NCBI RefSeq assembly: GCF_963678975.1
Contig: NC_089281.1
Coordinates: 27,729,151-27,793,150, forward strand
Direction of reading: 5' to 3'
DNA length: 64,000 bases
From: Dysidea avara
Lineage: Eukaryota
Shown: positions 22,701 through 35,939 of the stretch, in pieces
Position numbering within the stretch: the stretch's first letter is position 1
Layout of the letters: each line of letters opens with the position of its first letter
The notes under the pieces: model-generated
Database searches by the model: none
The model's input: only the letters and a program-made list of their open reading frames with translations
What the model was told of the DNA's origin: nothing
Position numbers and translations under genes: made by a program

Positions 22701-23108
22701 AATAGGATCAGTAGGTCAGTATGCAAAAACAAATAAAAGGAGTGCAAAAATAACAAATTAAAAGTAGTGGTATGGTCTCGATGCTAATTTGCAGCAATAG
22801 TGTGTTGTGAGAAGATACTTGTAGATGGTTAAATGCATTAAAAATGATTCAAGGCTTGTGCTTAGAGTTAATGGTGATATTTTAGCTCAAGTTTTTTACT
22901 AACGAAAATTTATTTTAATTTTTCAATCAACTAAAAATTTGGATTGATTGGGCTTGTGAAACAAGTAATCAAGTTGACATGGCCTAGCTATGCCACTGAT
23001 GATACTATTATTTGCTGCCAGAATGAACAAAATTGGACTGCTGGTTATAACATGTGCAATCAACTACAGGAATTTGCTATCACACTGCCAGGTTATTCTG
23101 TTATTTAC

Positions 23109-23267
23109 CGTTAAATGAGTTTGACTGATGTGTTCGTAAAAATAAGCCAAAGTGCATTGAAGGGCCTCAATGTCAATCCCTTTAAACATAGTCTGTACAA
23201 GTCTTTCTGTCCCTGGATCTGTTTCTTCACACATTACTTCCAGCAGCTCAACTGCTGCCTGTTTCAA
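23109..23267 (-). CDS. ITPR: IP3R-like exon, approximate (…AAVELLEVMCEETDPGTERLVQTMFKGIDIEALQCTLAYFYEH…)
   Basis: Resembles IP3R [38 protein letters not shown]. The 5' boundary is not determined. Donor ACG|gtaaat. Confidence 0.4.
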
Positions 23268-23700
23268 CTCAAGAACCTATTTGCATATACATTTGTTTAA
23301 CAGTAACATAATTTCTCACGTACCTTTATGAAAGAACACTGTTGAATTTCTGGAGTTTGCATGATGCGATTAATAGTATCCACAATTTGATAATTAAACA
23401 GGACTTGTTGATTAGCAAAATTTCCCTAGAAAGACATTCATAGTAATAAAAGTATACTGAAATAAGAAACTTTTCTCAACCTATAACATAATTTTTGGTC
23501 GATCATTGGCCACAAGGTGGGCTGGTTTTTAATCGATATTTTTTTGGCAGAAAAGTGCAAACTTTTATTATCCTTATTACCACTACTGCATGATATTAGG
23601 ACTTTTAAAATAAACAATGTTGGACTCATGGACCTCAAAAGCTTTAAGCCACACATCAGGTCACATAAAAACATTAACAGTACAATAAATGGAAACATAC

Positions 23701-23922
23701 CACGCTCATTTCAATCATAGTCTTAAGTACTTGGGTAATAAGTTTAATATTATCCTTTGTGACATCAACATAAAATGATGATAAAAATATGCATATCTCA
23801 GACACAAGATTGATAGTCTTTATATTATCTGGTTGCTGTCTGAGGTAGTTTTGCATTGGCCGATATTGACCATCACAGAGTAAACCAATCACTCGAAGTG
23901 CTAGTTCAATATAAGATGAATC
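23701..23922 (-). CDS. ITPR: IP3R-like exon (DSSYIELALRVIGLLCDGQYRPMQNYLRQQPDNIKTINLVSEICIFLSSFYVDVTKDNIKLITQVLKTMIEMSV)
   Basis: Strong match to IP3R/RyR [37 protein letters not shown] and [27 protein letters not shown]. Acceptor caag|GAT, donor GTG|gtatgt. Confidence 0.65.
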
Positions 23923-24707
23923 CTTGAATTGGAGTGACCTGTATTTCTTAGTAGCTTCACTGGAGGTTTTCTTGTCCTAAACAGAGTGATTTGTAAGTAT
24001 AAAAAGTACAGTGCCACAATAAACTGTGGTGTATTTTTGAAATCTATATATAGCAATAAAGTCAGAATGTAATATATTAAAACATGCAACTATCCTCAGG
24101 TTATACTAAACAACATACATATTGTTTTTGTAGCTCCTGCAGCTGAATTTCATTCTTTGCTAATCCAGCTTCTAAAAGCTAATAAATTAACCACAATCAG
24201 AAATTGCAAATTATTTCATGATTACTACCTCAGACACAGTCATTTGATCTGTTCGCTTTCTCTTCTTTCTACTGGTATAATTAGGACCAGTGATAGTGAA
24301 ATGACCACTTGCGGGAGAAGCAATACCATGTATAGGGGATAGTGTCTGCATTTCATAAACTTCACCCTACAAGATTATCACATACGTACATAATACCAAG
24401 AGTATAATGGGGGGGGGGAGGAAGAGTGTTGAACTGTGCTATACAGTGTGAAAAATGATCCCATAAAGTCTTATGGCAATGTTCAAATGATTCAGTGATT
24501 TGTGACCACTTATAAATGCAGTTGGCGTACTTTGTACATGTACGCGCATACACAAGAAGAAAGAGTGAAAGAACAGCATATTTGATAAAAGTATGGTACA
24601 TTGTGGAGAGGAACTCAGTACAAAAAGAAGACACAGGCAGCTAACCTGGAAAGCAGACATTACCAGCATCGATGCTGCCTTGGATGAATCCAAGTTCCAG
24701 TTCTCAC

Positions 24708-24857
24708 GTATGCTATATTCTGAATATCAACCTTGCACGTGATGTCTTCATTTGAGATTTCATCATGGTCACCATCCCCTACCTCGATGGTTCTTCTAGC
24801 AAAAGTGGCACGTTTAGATGGAGTTTCAGCCATTGCGATTCCATGCGGACCACCAGC
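24708..24857 (-). CDS. ITPR: IP3R-like exon (AGGPHGIAMAETPSKRATFARRTIEVGDGDHDEISNEDITCKVDIQNIAY)
   Basis: Matches IP3R [26 protein letters not shown]...DDLEMSAV. Acceptor tagttcaag|G, donor TAC|gtgaga. Joins in frame to the 23922 exon. Confidence 0.5.
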
Positions 24858-25639
24858 CTTGAACTAGTAATGTGTTAAATCTGGGCAATCAGCTGTGGTC
24901 AAGTTTACAAGAGGAAATGAAGGTATGCAGGTTACTGTACAGGCTCATTTTTCACAGCTTATAGTGCAGTTCAACACTCTCCCTCTCCGATTACATGCTC
25001 TTGATAATACTAGTAGGGATCCACATGAAAGTGAAGATGACAGACTAAAACACTCCAGCAAGCTTGCTCTATCAAATCACTTGATACAGCATGCAACATG
25101 CTAAATGTTCATGGTCTCAAGCTGCTTTGGTTTTCAGCCATCGGGTTGTTTTTCCTTCTTTATTTATTTTTTAATTCTTCTTAGCTTAATAACACAACTA
25201 GCAATGTTGCTTAGACAGACGGGCTCCATTTGCACTAATGTAACAACAAGAGTTCATTATATGTATACTGAGGAGAGTATCCTACTCTCGTATATACCTG
25301 TAGAAGGGTGAATCATAATGTGGTTGTGGTTTGTGATGTATGGACAGCCGTAAAAGTCTAAGAATCATTTGCACTGTGCGACACCCCCAACACTACTCAG
25401 AAGATATGCATTCATGAATAGCCTAGCAAGAAATGTGTGTGCACCCATGAAGGCATAGTTTGGTGAGAAATGCTGAGAGCTCAAGTTAGATTGGTTGCTA
25501 GCAATGTTGTTGGACATGCATACAATCAATAATCGTGTTCTATTAATAATTATACAAAGAGAAACAGAAGTACTGTATTATAACTTTACAATACGTCCTT
25601 CTATAGTGGTACATGACAGTAGGATCCATTCAAAAATAG

Positions 25640-25870
25640 CTAAGCTGTAAAAGAAGGATGTGGCTTCTAAAACCTGGGTTAAAAAGTTGTAAAATTAAAG
25701 GTGGTGGCCAAGAAATGGCTGCAATGATGTTAATGCCAAACAAATTTAATAACGCACCCTGATTGGTGTTAACATCATTGCAGCCATTTCTTTGCTGACA
25801 CCTTTGATTTTACAATTTTTTCACCCAGGCTATTGAAGGCTGCACCCTTTTTTACAGCTTAACTGTTTTT
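25640..25870. mobile_element. MITE family A copy (TIR about cAAAACAGCcaaGCTGTAAAAAAGG with internal GGTGGTGGCCAAGAAATGGCTGCAATGATG hairpin)
   Basis: Terminal gctgtaaaagaagg...ggctgcacccttttttacagct, with an internal palindrome ggccaagaaatggctgcaatgatgttaa // ttaacatcattgcagccatttcttt. Confidence 0.5.
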
Positions 25871-27439
25871 GCATATTTTTTGTATTTCAAATATCCCAAA
25901 TCCAGCTATACATAAACTGGGAACTTTGTTTTTACCCAATTTCCTCTTATCTACATGCACAATGATGATTATGTAAGACAGAAATTACAATAGTATTTGC
26001 ATAAGCGACCAACTATCAACTGCATGGTATGTATTATATCAACCTAACAAAATAATGAATTCCTCCATAAACTTGTACTTGTTTGCTGGGATATTCTAAT
26101 GGTTTCTGTCCTCTTTTATAGGTTTTTAACCATCAGAGAAAAATTTTACAATATACTAGGCCAAGTACTTCCTGTTGCAAGTGCAAAGGCAAGTCACTAC
26201 ATTTCAGCGGAGAAGAAGGTGACAAATGCCCAAAAACTGTAAACAATGGAAACATACAGCCTCAGGTTTTATCAAGACTCACGGTAGTGAGTTGTGCGGC
26301 CAAGAAAAGTAGGGCACGCGACTACTGTGAGTTATTTACACAAACAACTAACTCTAATAGAATGCACACCTAAAATCTACCTTTAAAACTATTCTTTTGT
26401 AAAAAAAACCTCGCGATACAACAAAACCTTTGGTATATTGCTATATAAGCATATTACTAAGTAAGTAATCCCTGTTATATTTTAGTAACACTGCATGAAA
26501 TTTTGCTGAAAACGTCGTATTCTTCTCCCTCCTTCTTCTTCGCATATTCGTTAGCACGAGTTGCCCATTCTTTTACTCTTATATCTTACACTGTCATTAT
26601 TATTCCACAGCCTTGGATTCACTATCACAAGTTCTTTGGCTAGTTAAGTTTCTTCAGTACAAATCTTGGAACTCCACCTCTCTTACGAGAGCCACCATTA
26701 GCGATTTTCTCAAAGTTTGATTCATTCGTTCTTCCGCTTCATGGGACAATCTTTGATATGTAATTAAACATATGGAGTAGTTTTGCTTGGTTATGACCAG
26801 CCATTTTTCTGGGAAGTGGTGAGTTAATTTCCATATGTGATAATAACGTTGCCTACACTAATTGCTGATTTATTTTGCGGTCTTTTAGAACCCCATCTTA
26901 AATTTAAGACACCTCTAAATACAGTAGCGTTTATTGACAGTCGGTGAACTCGGTGCAAATTAGGCCACAAGCGTCAACGCTAGGTGAACATGATCAGTGT
27001 AGTAATCTCAATGAACTTGCTATGCATGCTATTCTTGTAAGTGTTTGTTATTCCGTTGTTATTTAATAATGGGTCTAAAGTAGCTAACGTAGTCCACAAT
27101 ACAGCTTTTTTGTGCATGTCAACGGACAATCCAGTACAATAAGAAGTTTGGGGCACATTCTCACCTGCCGGGAAATGGCCTTTACTCAATCGGTTCACTG
27201 ATGGTTTTAATCAAAACAGAAGCCATACCCTACTGAGGTTGCAATACCGACAAGTACCTGCCTACTTGTACCAAACTACATTCTTTGGTTTTGCCACTTC
27301 ATGTCCCAAGCTATGATGTGGTACACACAATAACTGTTGTAGCTGTTGTGATATCCTAAGGTGGCTTGTATGAAACTAGCTATTAACTTTATGCATTAAT
27401 TTTTTGTTCTTGCTCAGTGAGAAAAATGTGTGATATCCT

Positions 27440-27905
27440 AAAACAAAAACAGCCTTGGGGGCTGTAAAAAAAGGGCACTGCCAAGCAAAGTAGGATCAAT
27501 CAAACAAGCTTATTCAACATGACTGGTAAGAACAAGAACTGATATCAAGTTGCGGCCAAGTAGATTGGAATATTACCATGTTCAATCTGTTAAACAACTG
27601 GTACGAACAAGGACTGATATCAAGTTGCGGCCAAGTGAATGCAGTATTACCCATTCTCTTTGTATCTAGCTATAGCTATATAATAAAACTAGAGCAAATA
27701 CACATGAAACTGTTATTAAATTGTCAGTTGGCTGCTTTTTAATTGTTTGTACCAGTTGTTTAACAGATTGAACATGGTAATATTCCAATATACTTGGCCG
27801 CAACTTGATATCAGTTCTTGTTCTTACCAGTCATGTTTGATTGATCCTACTTTGCTTGGCAGCGCCCTTTTTTTACAGCCCCAAGGCTGTTTTTGTTTTA
27901 GGATA
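27440..27905. mobile_element. Large foldback or MITE (about 460 bp near-perfect inverted repeat). Family A-like termini
   Basis: aaaaacagccttgggggctgtaaaaaaagggcactgccaagcaaagtaggatcaatcaaacaagc...(centre about 27670)...gcttgtttgattgatcctactttgcttggcagcgccctttttttacagccccaaggctgtttttg. The arms carry an internal tandem repeat of about 63 bp. Confidence 0.6.
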
Positions 27906-29541
27906 GATCCTTACAACTGTAATGAAGCCTGATACACATCTAACTGATATGCTGAATTGATTGCTATACGATTGAATGCACCCTTGCTCAATGAAGTGGA
28001 AAAAGCAGCCAGGTTATTCTATTTAGTCTTCAGAAAGTTAATTAATAAATAATTAATCAACCAGTCTAATTTTCATTGTTGTTCTATTGATAAACACAGT
28101 ATATCTCGATTTCCAATCATGCAGTTGATCTGAAACATGGTGAGCGTATACATTATTACATGCTGAATTTCATCATCTATGGCAGGATAGGACAGAGTTT
28201 TCAGATGCAGTGCATATATTAACACCTAGTTGATAATTTATATATGGAAAATATACATGTAATTGATAACAAGTACTGGTGGTCAATAATACCTACTTTG
28301 TATGGTCTAAGTCTACTGTGAAGAGTGTTGGTTTACAAAAATTGGGACCACATATACTTTATAGCTGTACAGCTGGAGCGGAGTTAAAGGATGAAACTTG
28401 GTTGATAATTGGTCGCTTACTCTATTCTATATATTACAGATTTTATTTGACTGATTTGTATAATAGTTTATTGTATTTTGAATATCCCAAACCCAGCCAT
28501 GAACTGGTTTTGGGGCTCATTTTTACTGTACCAAATTTCTTCTTATCTACAAGCACAATGATGATCATGATTCTGGAAGACAGGATTTACCATACACTGT
28601 ATTGATTTATTTTTGGAATATCCTAATAGAGCACACATTTTTTGAGGACTTCTAATAGAACACACATAGAATGTAGATTTTCCATTGTTGGTAGATTTAA
28701 GAAATTATGAATTTTTAACATTTGAATTTTCAATTATAAGGTAGAAATTAAGTAAGCTGAGCAGCTGACAACAACAGTTTCAGAGGTTAAGGGTTTGGGA
28801 GTTAGATATGGAGGTCCCTGGTTTAAACTTTGGGCAACACTTTTGTTAATGTGTTTTGTGCACTTTATACTTGGAGACTGTCCTATTACAGTACTTTGAC
28901 CTTATGATTTTACATTGTGTTAGTTTTTGTAACTCTGTAACTCTCACTACAATTTCTTTTAAACCACATAAGGTTTGAGCTATGATAATTAGCCTATGCA
29001 CAGAGTAATTTTCAAGCCATTTTCTTAGGCAGTTTACCCTGCAGGCATGACAAAAAATTGGTCTTTTTTACTCAAATAATCATCCATAACTCCATGAATA
29101 CTATTTTATCAAATTTGCAGCAGACTTGGTATGTGAATTCATCTCAATAATGTCCTTAATCTATGTGGCAATTAGAGTTGTGTATTTGCATTTTATACAG
29201 CTGTTGTAAAGTGTGGAAAGAAAAATTAAGTCCCCAGAAAAACAAAGAAAAAAATGAAGAAATCCATCCTACCTTTGAGGGCTTGTACTACACAAAATTA
29301 ATGCATAGAGCAATTTTGCATGCTGAAATTTGGAATGTGAGGTGCTGAGGGTGGCTGGCAGCTATAATGCAAAAGTAGTGTGTTTTCAAGAAGAGACCAA
29401 GGAGCTATGCATGCATGAAAAACATGTTTTCTTTCCTCCTGTCAATATACTCATTGTGTGGCACACTGTCTTTCTTGGCCACACAACACATTAGCATGTG
29501 TCTTGATACTCTATCCAGCATATATGAACTCTTGGAGGGTT

Positions 29542-29548
<7 letters not shown>

Positions 29549-29616
<68 letters not shown>
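29549..29616. repeat. (AC)34 microsatellite followed by (AT)5
   Basis: Direct reading. Produces the artefactual ORFs 29405-29725 and 29415-29678 (CVCVCV... and HTHTHT...). Confidence 0.9.
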
Positions 29617-29627
<11 letters not shown>

Positions 29628-29699
29628 ATACAACACACACAATTAGTGTTTGCATGCACTATACAGAAGTTCAGATAACTGGAGTTCGAGTAACTGAAG

Positions 29700-30500
29700 T
29701 TCCATTGCATTGAAGGGGGGATCAAATATCCACTAGTATATCTGCAGGTGTAGGCAACCTACCTTGTTTCCCTACTTTTTTCTATCAAACCTAAAATTCC
29801 TAATTTTTCCTTATACTTGTTTGTTTACTTTTTTGTAACATTATTATGACTGGTGAACCCAGGCATACCGCATCAAAAGAAAGAGTGGCATCAAAGTTGA
29901 TGTTTTCATCTGAACGTGTGCCCCAGCTCCACATTTTCCATGGTAACCGGATCGATTGCAGATGTACTTTTCTTACTGTTCTTTGTTTGTTATGCTGTGA
30001 AACGGGCTGAACATAGCTGAAAGCAAAGTGCAATGGCCACTTCACTTTCAAGTCAGTGTACAAACATAGGGAAGCCATCAAGGAGCTACTGTAGATCGAG
30101 AACTTGGGCTGTCAGCAAAAGAAGTGGGACACAAAGGAGTAAGTTCATGATGCGTACATTGTATGTATTGTGGTATGCCAAAGGCATGTCTTGGGACGAA
30201 GTAATGTTGAACAAATCAAGTACATAGCCTTAGCTGTTATCGAGTTATGCTTGCCTAAAAGCACCAGGCAGGCAGGCAGTTAGTCAGTAGAAAATTCCAT
30301 TGAATAAATTTAAAAAAATTCATAACAAGCATTTAGGGTTGTACTGAAGGCACTTTAGGGCTTGGCTGTACCTAACCAATACTGCCAAGACACCAGTATG
30401 GTATTGTGAAGCTGGTTTTTGGGTGATATTTTTAGCCACAAAAAACCAAACCTCCATGATCCCAAATATACAGTACTACTGTACTGCTGTACTATATGAT
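29700..30500. repeat. Composite dispersed repeat family, copy 2
   Basis: Shares the attatgactggtgaacccaggcataccgcatcaaaagaaag, ccatggtaaccggatcgattgcag and aaattcataacaagc...cctaaccaatactgccaag modules with the other copies. Confidence 0.5.
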
Positions 30501-30953
30501 TCAGAAGGATAATTGCCCAAGTTCAACAATGTGAAAATGATGATAATTTAGCAGTATAAGTTAAATGTTCCCAACAGCCATGGCAGGCAAACATACACAA
30601 TACTGGCTTATAACATAGCTGCTTTCAATCTAAATAACTCATACCGATACAAGTAATTTCTTGGCAGTAATATCAACAGCATCATCAGTACTTGGCAATA
30701 CAGAAGGTTTCCTGAAACCTCCAACCTGATCTAATATCTCTGTGCTCTCAGAAAAACCTGTATCAACATTAAGACCAAAGGCTTCCTATGACATTTACAT
30801 GTCACACAACACAGTACATAATATATACACATACTTGGGCAGTTGGTTTAACAGTTTGAATCCCACTACCACGAGCAGAATTAGTGACAAAAGTGTCTCT
30901 CTACAAAACACATAATCTATAATATTTTCCACATGAGTAAACTTGTTAGTTAC

Positions 30954-31100
30954 CAAAACTTTTTTTCCCTCCACATGTGATTCAAGCTGGGCTAGAAGTG
31001 TCCTTCTTTCACGATCATTTATGGCAGCTTGTTGCAAACGTTGTTGCATGCTAACAAAAAGCTTTTCCTCTCTGGTGTGCATAAGATAGCTAAACCCTTT
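30954..31100 (-). CDS. ITPR: IP3R-like exon (KGFSYLMHTREEKLFVSMQQRLQQAAINDRERRTLLAQLESHVEGKKVL)
   Basis: Matches IP3R [31 protein letters not shown]. Acceptor gatttgatacag|AAA after a 62-nt intron. Donor TTG|gtaact. Confidence 0.55.
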
Positions 31101-31162
31101 CTGTATCAAATCATTCATTACTTAATTTATACTCTGTGGTATAACATATTAGCACTGCTAAC

Positions 31163-31258
31163 CTGAACAGTTTCATTTCCAGTATACAGCAGGATTGATA
31201 AGAAAGCTAATACCTCTGCAGCAATTTTCTCATTAGGATGAGAGAGCAATTTTACTAT
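31163..31258 (-). CDS. ITPR: IP3R-like exon (IVKLLSHPNEKIAAEVLAFLSILLYTGNETVQ)
   Basis: Acceptor ttattattag|ATA after a 55-nt intron. Donor CAG|gttagc. In phase with neighbouring exons. Confidence 0.5.
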
Positions 31259-31313
31259 CTAATAATAATGTTTATAAACAGTTTGCATTAACAGTGACAG
31301 TAAAAACACATAC

Positions 31314-31377
31314 TCTTTCAACAGTACTCCCAAGTGATTGAATTTGATTTTGAACTGATACCACTCGTTCAGATAAC
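31314..31377 (-). CDS. ITPR: IP3R-like exon (LSERVVSVQNQIQSLGSTVER)
   Basis: Resembles IP3R [22 protein letters not shown]. Acceptor gtgtatgcag|G, donor AGA|gtatgt. Confidence 0.5.
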
Positions 31378-32099
31378 CTGCATACACCATGTACACAACC
31401 CATTTAAATTAACAAAATGGATTCACTTCCTGAAGAGAACAGGATCTTGTCCTTCTTTTCTGAGACAAGGATCAATATGCATAATCTCATTGTGAACTAT
31501 GGTTCTGAGTACATATAAGTATCTGATATCATTTTTGTCTTGTTTCTGTCGTTCTTTTTCATCATCAAGGTCAGCCAAGTTGTTATAGGATGATCTTAGG
31601 AATGTATTTTAACTACTGTTACACTTATGTTAGAGTCTAACTTACTCAAGGCAGTCAATAATTCTTTTAGTGTGTGGTTGAACTGTGCTTTTAAACATGC
31701 CACGACTGCAATAAGACAGTATACAGTGTATGTTATGTCCTAACAAAAGTTTACTTCTTACGCAACATAAAGAGAAACATGTTCCTGGAAAGATGGTCCT
31801 AAAGGAAGCCACTCATCACCTTTTTCATCTTTTTCACCTTTTTCATCTTTTTCATCACCTTTTTCATCTTTTTCATCACTGTAATCTATGCAACATTATA
31901 TAATGTGATCTAAATAGCATTGTATCAAATTTATTTACCAGTTTTGTATAGTGATCCAATCTGATGTTGTGCAGTATTCGGTCCCCAGTAAGCCAACTGA
32001 TAGTTTCTAACAAAATTGTTGAATTCCTCATTTAGCGATCTTTCCCGTTGGTAGACACATTCATATTTCTAAATAATATTTGAATTAAATTTTATTCTT

Positions 32100-32560
32100 A
32101 CAGTATGGCCCACATTCAACACTCCAGAGTGAACATGCTTGTGTGCTCACTGGTCACAAAGGTATTATCATACAGTACAGTAGTACTGTATATTAAGGAT
32201 CATGGAGGTTTGTACTTTCTCACAAAAAATATTGACCAGAAACTAGCCTTACAATACATTTATAATAGCACCTTGAAAGTATTGGTTAGGTATAACCAAG
32301 CCCACAACATGACCCAAAATGCTTCCAATAAGTTGCCACAAAATTTAATTTTTCCATTCAGTGAAGTTTTTTGCTGACTGACTGACTTGTTAATATCTTC
32401 AGACAAGTGTAACTCAATTACAGTTAAGGCTACAGGTTTATTTTTTTCACTGTTAGACATCACTGCAGTTTGTGAGGTACCTTTTGCATACCGCAGTATG
32501 TACACTGCATGCATCATGGACTTACCTTTGTCCTCCATTTATCTTCGCTGACAGTGCAGG
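32100..32560. repeat. Composite dispersed repeat family, copy 3 (inverted orientation)
   Basis: Reverse-complement match to the 22500-22680, 30290-30490 and 34380-34600 modules. Confidence 0.45.
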
Positions 32561-33399
32561 GTGCCAATTTGTGGTAGCACATGATGAAAAGTGACTTCCC
32601 TACATTTGTAAGGCCATACCTATTTGAAAAGTTGTTTCTCAGATTTATTTTACAACAAAATGGGTCAGTCAGTAGGAAAAAAAAACAACAAAAACAGCTA
32701 ACTAATTTCAGAAATGCTTATCTTTCAAAAATATATGTGCAAGTCAGATAAAATATTTGTAGCTACTGCACTGTCTGCAGTCATGTCAAATACCTTCTAG
32801 TTACAAGCTATGTAGCTACTAGTAGCTATTGTAAATGGAAATAAATGTAGCTAGTAGCTAACTACATACATATAGATAGCCCAATGAGTCATGGATGACA
32901 ATGAAGTATATAGCTTTATGTTAGCAAAGAAGTATAGAGCTACACTGGTTTTAAGGGAACTACGCTATAAATAATGTTACCTTTCAAGATTTTACACACT
33001 GACTGTTCTATTAGAGTATCTCAATCATTTTGTACAAAATTCTAGACGTCACATGATCTAGATTTTTCTAATTAAAATCTATGCAAAATTGGGTCGGTCA
33101 GGTCCGAGCAACAACTTTTTAAATAGGTATGGCCTAACAGGAATTGTCCATATTTTCCATAGTGACTAGATTGATTGCAGAGGTGCTTCTCATAATAATC
33201 AGGGGTGGCTCTAGGGGGGTTTCTGAGGCTTCCGAAAACCAGCAGTCACGTTCAGATCAAGATACTCTAATAGAGCAGTCAATCACTCTTATAAAGCAGT
33301 CACAGTGGTCAGAGCAGCAGTGTAGCAAGCTATGTAGAAATAATTAAGGATTTTGTGTACTTTATCAGTGATATTAATAGTTAGTGGAAGGCAGTTATC

Positions 33400-34780
33400 A
33401 GAAACCGGTCACCAAAACTCCTGGAGCCACTCTTGATAATCTTCATTTGTAATGGACTGAACATAGCTGAAAGAGAAGCATAACACCTACTCTTCACTTT
33501 TCAGTAATTGATAGTTCAGGAATTCATTCAGATGAAACATTAATTCTGGCACTATTCTTTCTCTTGATGCGGTATGTGTGCAGGTTCACCAGTCATAATT
33601 ATGTTACAAAAAAGCAAACAAACAAGTGGAAATTAAGTTAGATTAAGAATCATAGAAACAAGTAGTAGGAATTTTAGGTTGGATTAGGGATCAAAGAAAA
33701 AGTAGTGAAACTATAAACTGAAGTTTAGGGATTTAATGTCCACTAGTATATCTGCAGGTATAGATAACCCTTCCTTGTTTTCCACTTTTTAGCTATTCCC
33801 TTGTTTCACTATATACTTGTTTCTTCTTTGATCCCTAATCCAACTTAACATCTTCTACTTGTTTGTTTATGACAAATGAACCAGCGCATACTGCATTAAA
33901 AGAAAGAATGGTGCCCGGAATACCATAAAAGTAATTTTGCATCAGAAGGCGTGCATCAGAAGGAGTGCACCAACAATCAATTATGCATTGGAAAGGGAGC
34001 TGGCCATTACCATAGATCGTATATTCTTCGGTACAAAGAATATACAATCTATGCCATACGCTTTGTTTTCAGCTATGCTTCATCTGTTACACAGCATTAC
34101 AAATGAAGAACAGTACAAGAAGTGTCTCTACAATCAATCCAGTTGCTACGGAAAATACCGGCGGTTAGCCAACACAGCCACAGGGAAGCTGCATTGTGCT
34201 ATCATGAATTGACACTACGTTGTCAGCACAAAAAGAACTGGAGCACAAAAGAGGACAAAAGCAATGTGTGTATTGTATGTACTGCAGTTGGCGAAAAGGC
34301 ACATCTAAGGATGAAGCAACATTAAACATTGAAGAAATCAAGCCAGTAGCCTTATCCATTGTTCAGTTATGTTTGGCTGCAGGCATCGGTTAGTCAGTCA
34401 GCATAAAATTCTGAAAATTTTTAAAATTCCATAGAATCTTTTTGGAAGGGTTTGGGGTTGATATGAATACATTTTTGGGTTTGGCGGTGCCTAACCAATG
34501 CTGCCAAGCTGTCATGAAGGGAAACTGAGGCTTGTTTTAGGGTGATGCTTTTGGCTGGAATAGCCCAGTTCTTCATGATCCCTAATATACAATACTACCA
34601 TACTGTATGATAAAAAGTAGTGAGGTCACCTACACCTGAAGATAGGATATTAATCCCTAATTTAGTCATGAGTGTAGGAATTAAACTAGTATATCTTCAT
34701 AGGGTGTAGGTGACCTTACTACTTTTATTTCTATGATCCCTAATCAAATTTAAAATTCATAATTGTTCTTTACACTTTTA
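33400..34780. repeat. Composite dispersed repeat family, copy 4, including foldbacks at 33640-33850 and 34600-34760
   Basis: Contains gcggtatgtgtgcaggttcaccagtcataat, aaagtagtgaaac foldback arms and the cctaaccaatgctgccaag module. Confidence 0.5.
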
Positions 34781-35439
34781 TCTATGTATGTACGTTTACT
34801 CCGATTACTTTACTGCGAGCCTTATAATGGTTGCCCACTAACTTAGCTGGTGAAGATTTTGTTTAAGCTTCCGGTTCCAGGGCTAAGGCACAGGCTATAC
34901 TTATGGCATTTATTTAATGGAGTGCACAAAGTTAGGTTTCTAAAATATTTAATTACAACATCTAAGATAATCCAACAATGAGCTCTGCTCAGCTAATGTA
35001 CCCACCATTATTCTCAGCCACTAAAATGAAGATGGTGGAGCATTCATTTTAGTGCTAAGAAAGGAAGCACTCCAAAGCTAAAGTGAATTTTTAGCTGTTT
35101 GTTGTATGTACAACATCCCTTTCTACATCCACAGCTATGGTAGTGCACCAAAATTCATTTTCATTGCTATCTTTCTTCCTTCGTCACAATATATACTTGT
35201 AACAGTTGAAGCAGCACAGTCAATAACACACCATGCAGGCTACTACAGGGTACTTTGGGAGACAGTCTTTTCCAATTCCCAAGTCAAACCATAGATTGTA
35301 CACATAGTGCCTGTGTACAGTTTACAGTTTTATTACACCAGATAGCCACTGTATATTTTCAATTCTGTACAAAACAGTCCTATACTTCATTTGATGCATG
35401 TGACTATAGTACAAGAGAGATATACTATCTAATCAAAAA

Positions 35440-35760
35440 CAGCCAAGCTGTAAAAAAAGGAGTGCGGCCCTTGAAAAGGCTATGGTGAAAAAAGATGTGA
35501 AATCCAAGGTGGCGGCCAAGAAATGTCTGCGATGGTAGGTTAATGGTAAAAATTTTAATAACAACACTTCAAGTGAATTTGGTGCCGCTTGGTCAATTGG
35601 CAAAAAATTTACCTGAATTGTCGTTATTAAAGTTTTTACCATTAACCTGCCATTTCTTGGCCGCCACCTTGGATTTCACATCTTTTTTCACCATAGCCTT
35701 TTCAAGGGCCGCACTCCTTTATTTACAGCTTGGCTGTTTTTGATTAGATTTCACTTCTTT
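35440..35760. mobile_element. MITE family A copy (hairpin arms 35461-35525 and 35653-35718)
   Basis: aaaaacagccaagctgtaaaaaaaggagtgcggcccttgaaaaggctatggtgaaaaaagatgtgaaatccaaggtggcggccaagaaatg is the reverse complement of catttcttggccgccacc...ggccgcactcctttatttacagcttggctgtttttg. ORFs 35433-35642 (minus) and 35543-35743 (plus) are mirror-image artefacts. Confidence 0.6.
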
Positions 35761-35939
35761 TCGTATTTGTACACCCCAAAGCCGGCCTATGGCCAGCTTT
35801 GGAGCTTTTTAACCTATATATTTTTCTTTACCAAAAAAGATGAAGCAGATTTTATAAATACTTTAACTCATTCTGATTTTATCAGTAAATGTACAAATTA
35901 TATATATAATGCATATATCTTTATTACATGTCAATTAAT

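Noticed and set aside
24362-24693. Minus-strand ORFs 24362-24634 and 24439-24693 as IP3R exons
   Set aside because: No similarity to IP3R or RyR was found, and the region includes a poly-G tract. The adjacent exon at 24708-24857 was called instead.
29405-29725. ORFs rich in CVCVCV, HTHTHT and VCVCVC (29405-29725, 29415-29678, 61314-61508, 63624-63815)
   Set aside because: They are translations of (CA)n or (GT)n microsatellites and poly-G.
35433-35743. The mirror-image ORFs 35433-35642 (minus) and 35543-35743 (plus), which encode near-identical peptides, and similar pairs at 42424-42615 and 38331-38591
   Set aside because: They are generated by perfect inverted repeats (MITE hairpins) read on both strands. 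This is not evidence of coding.
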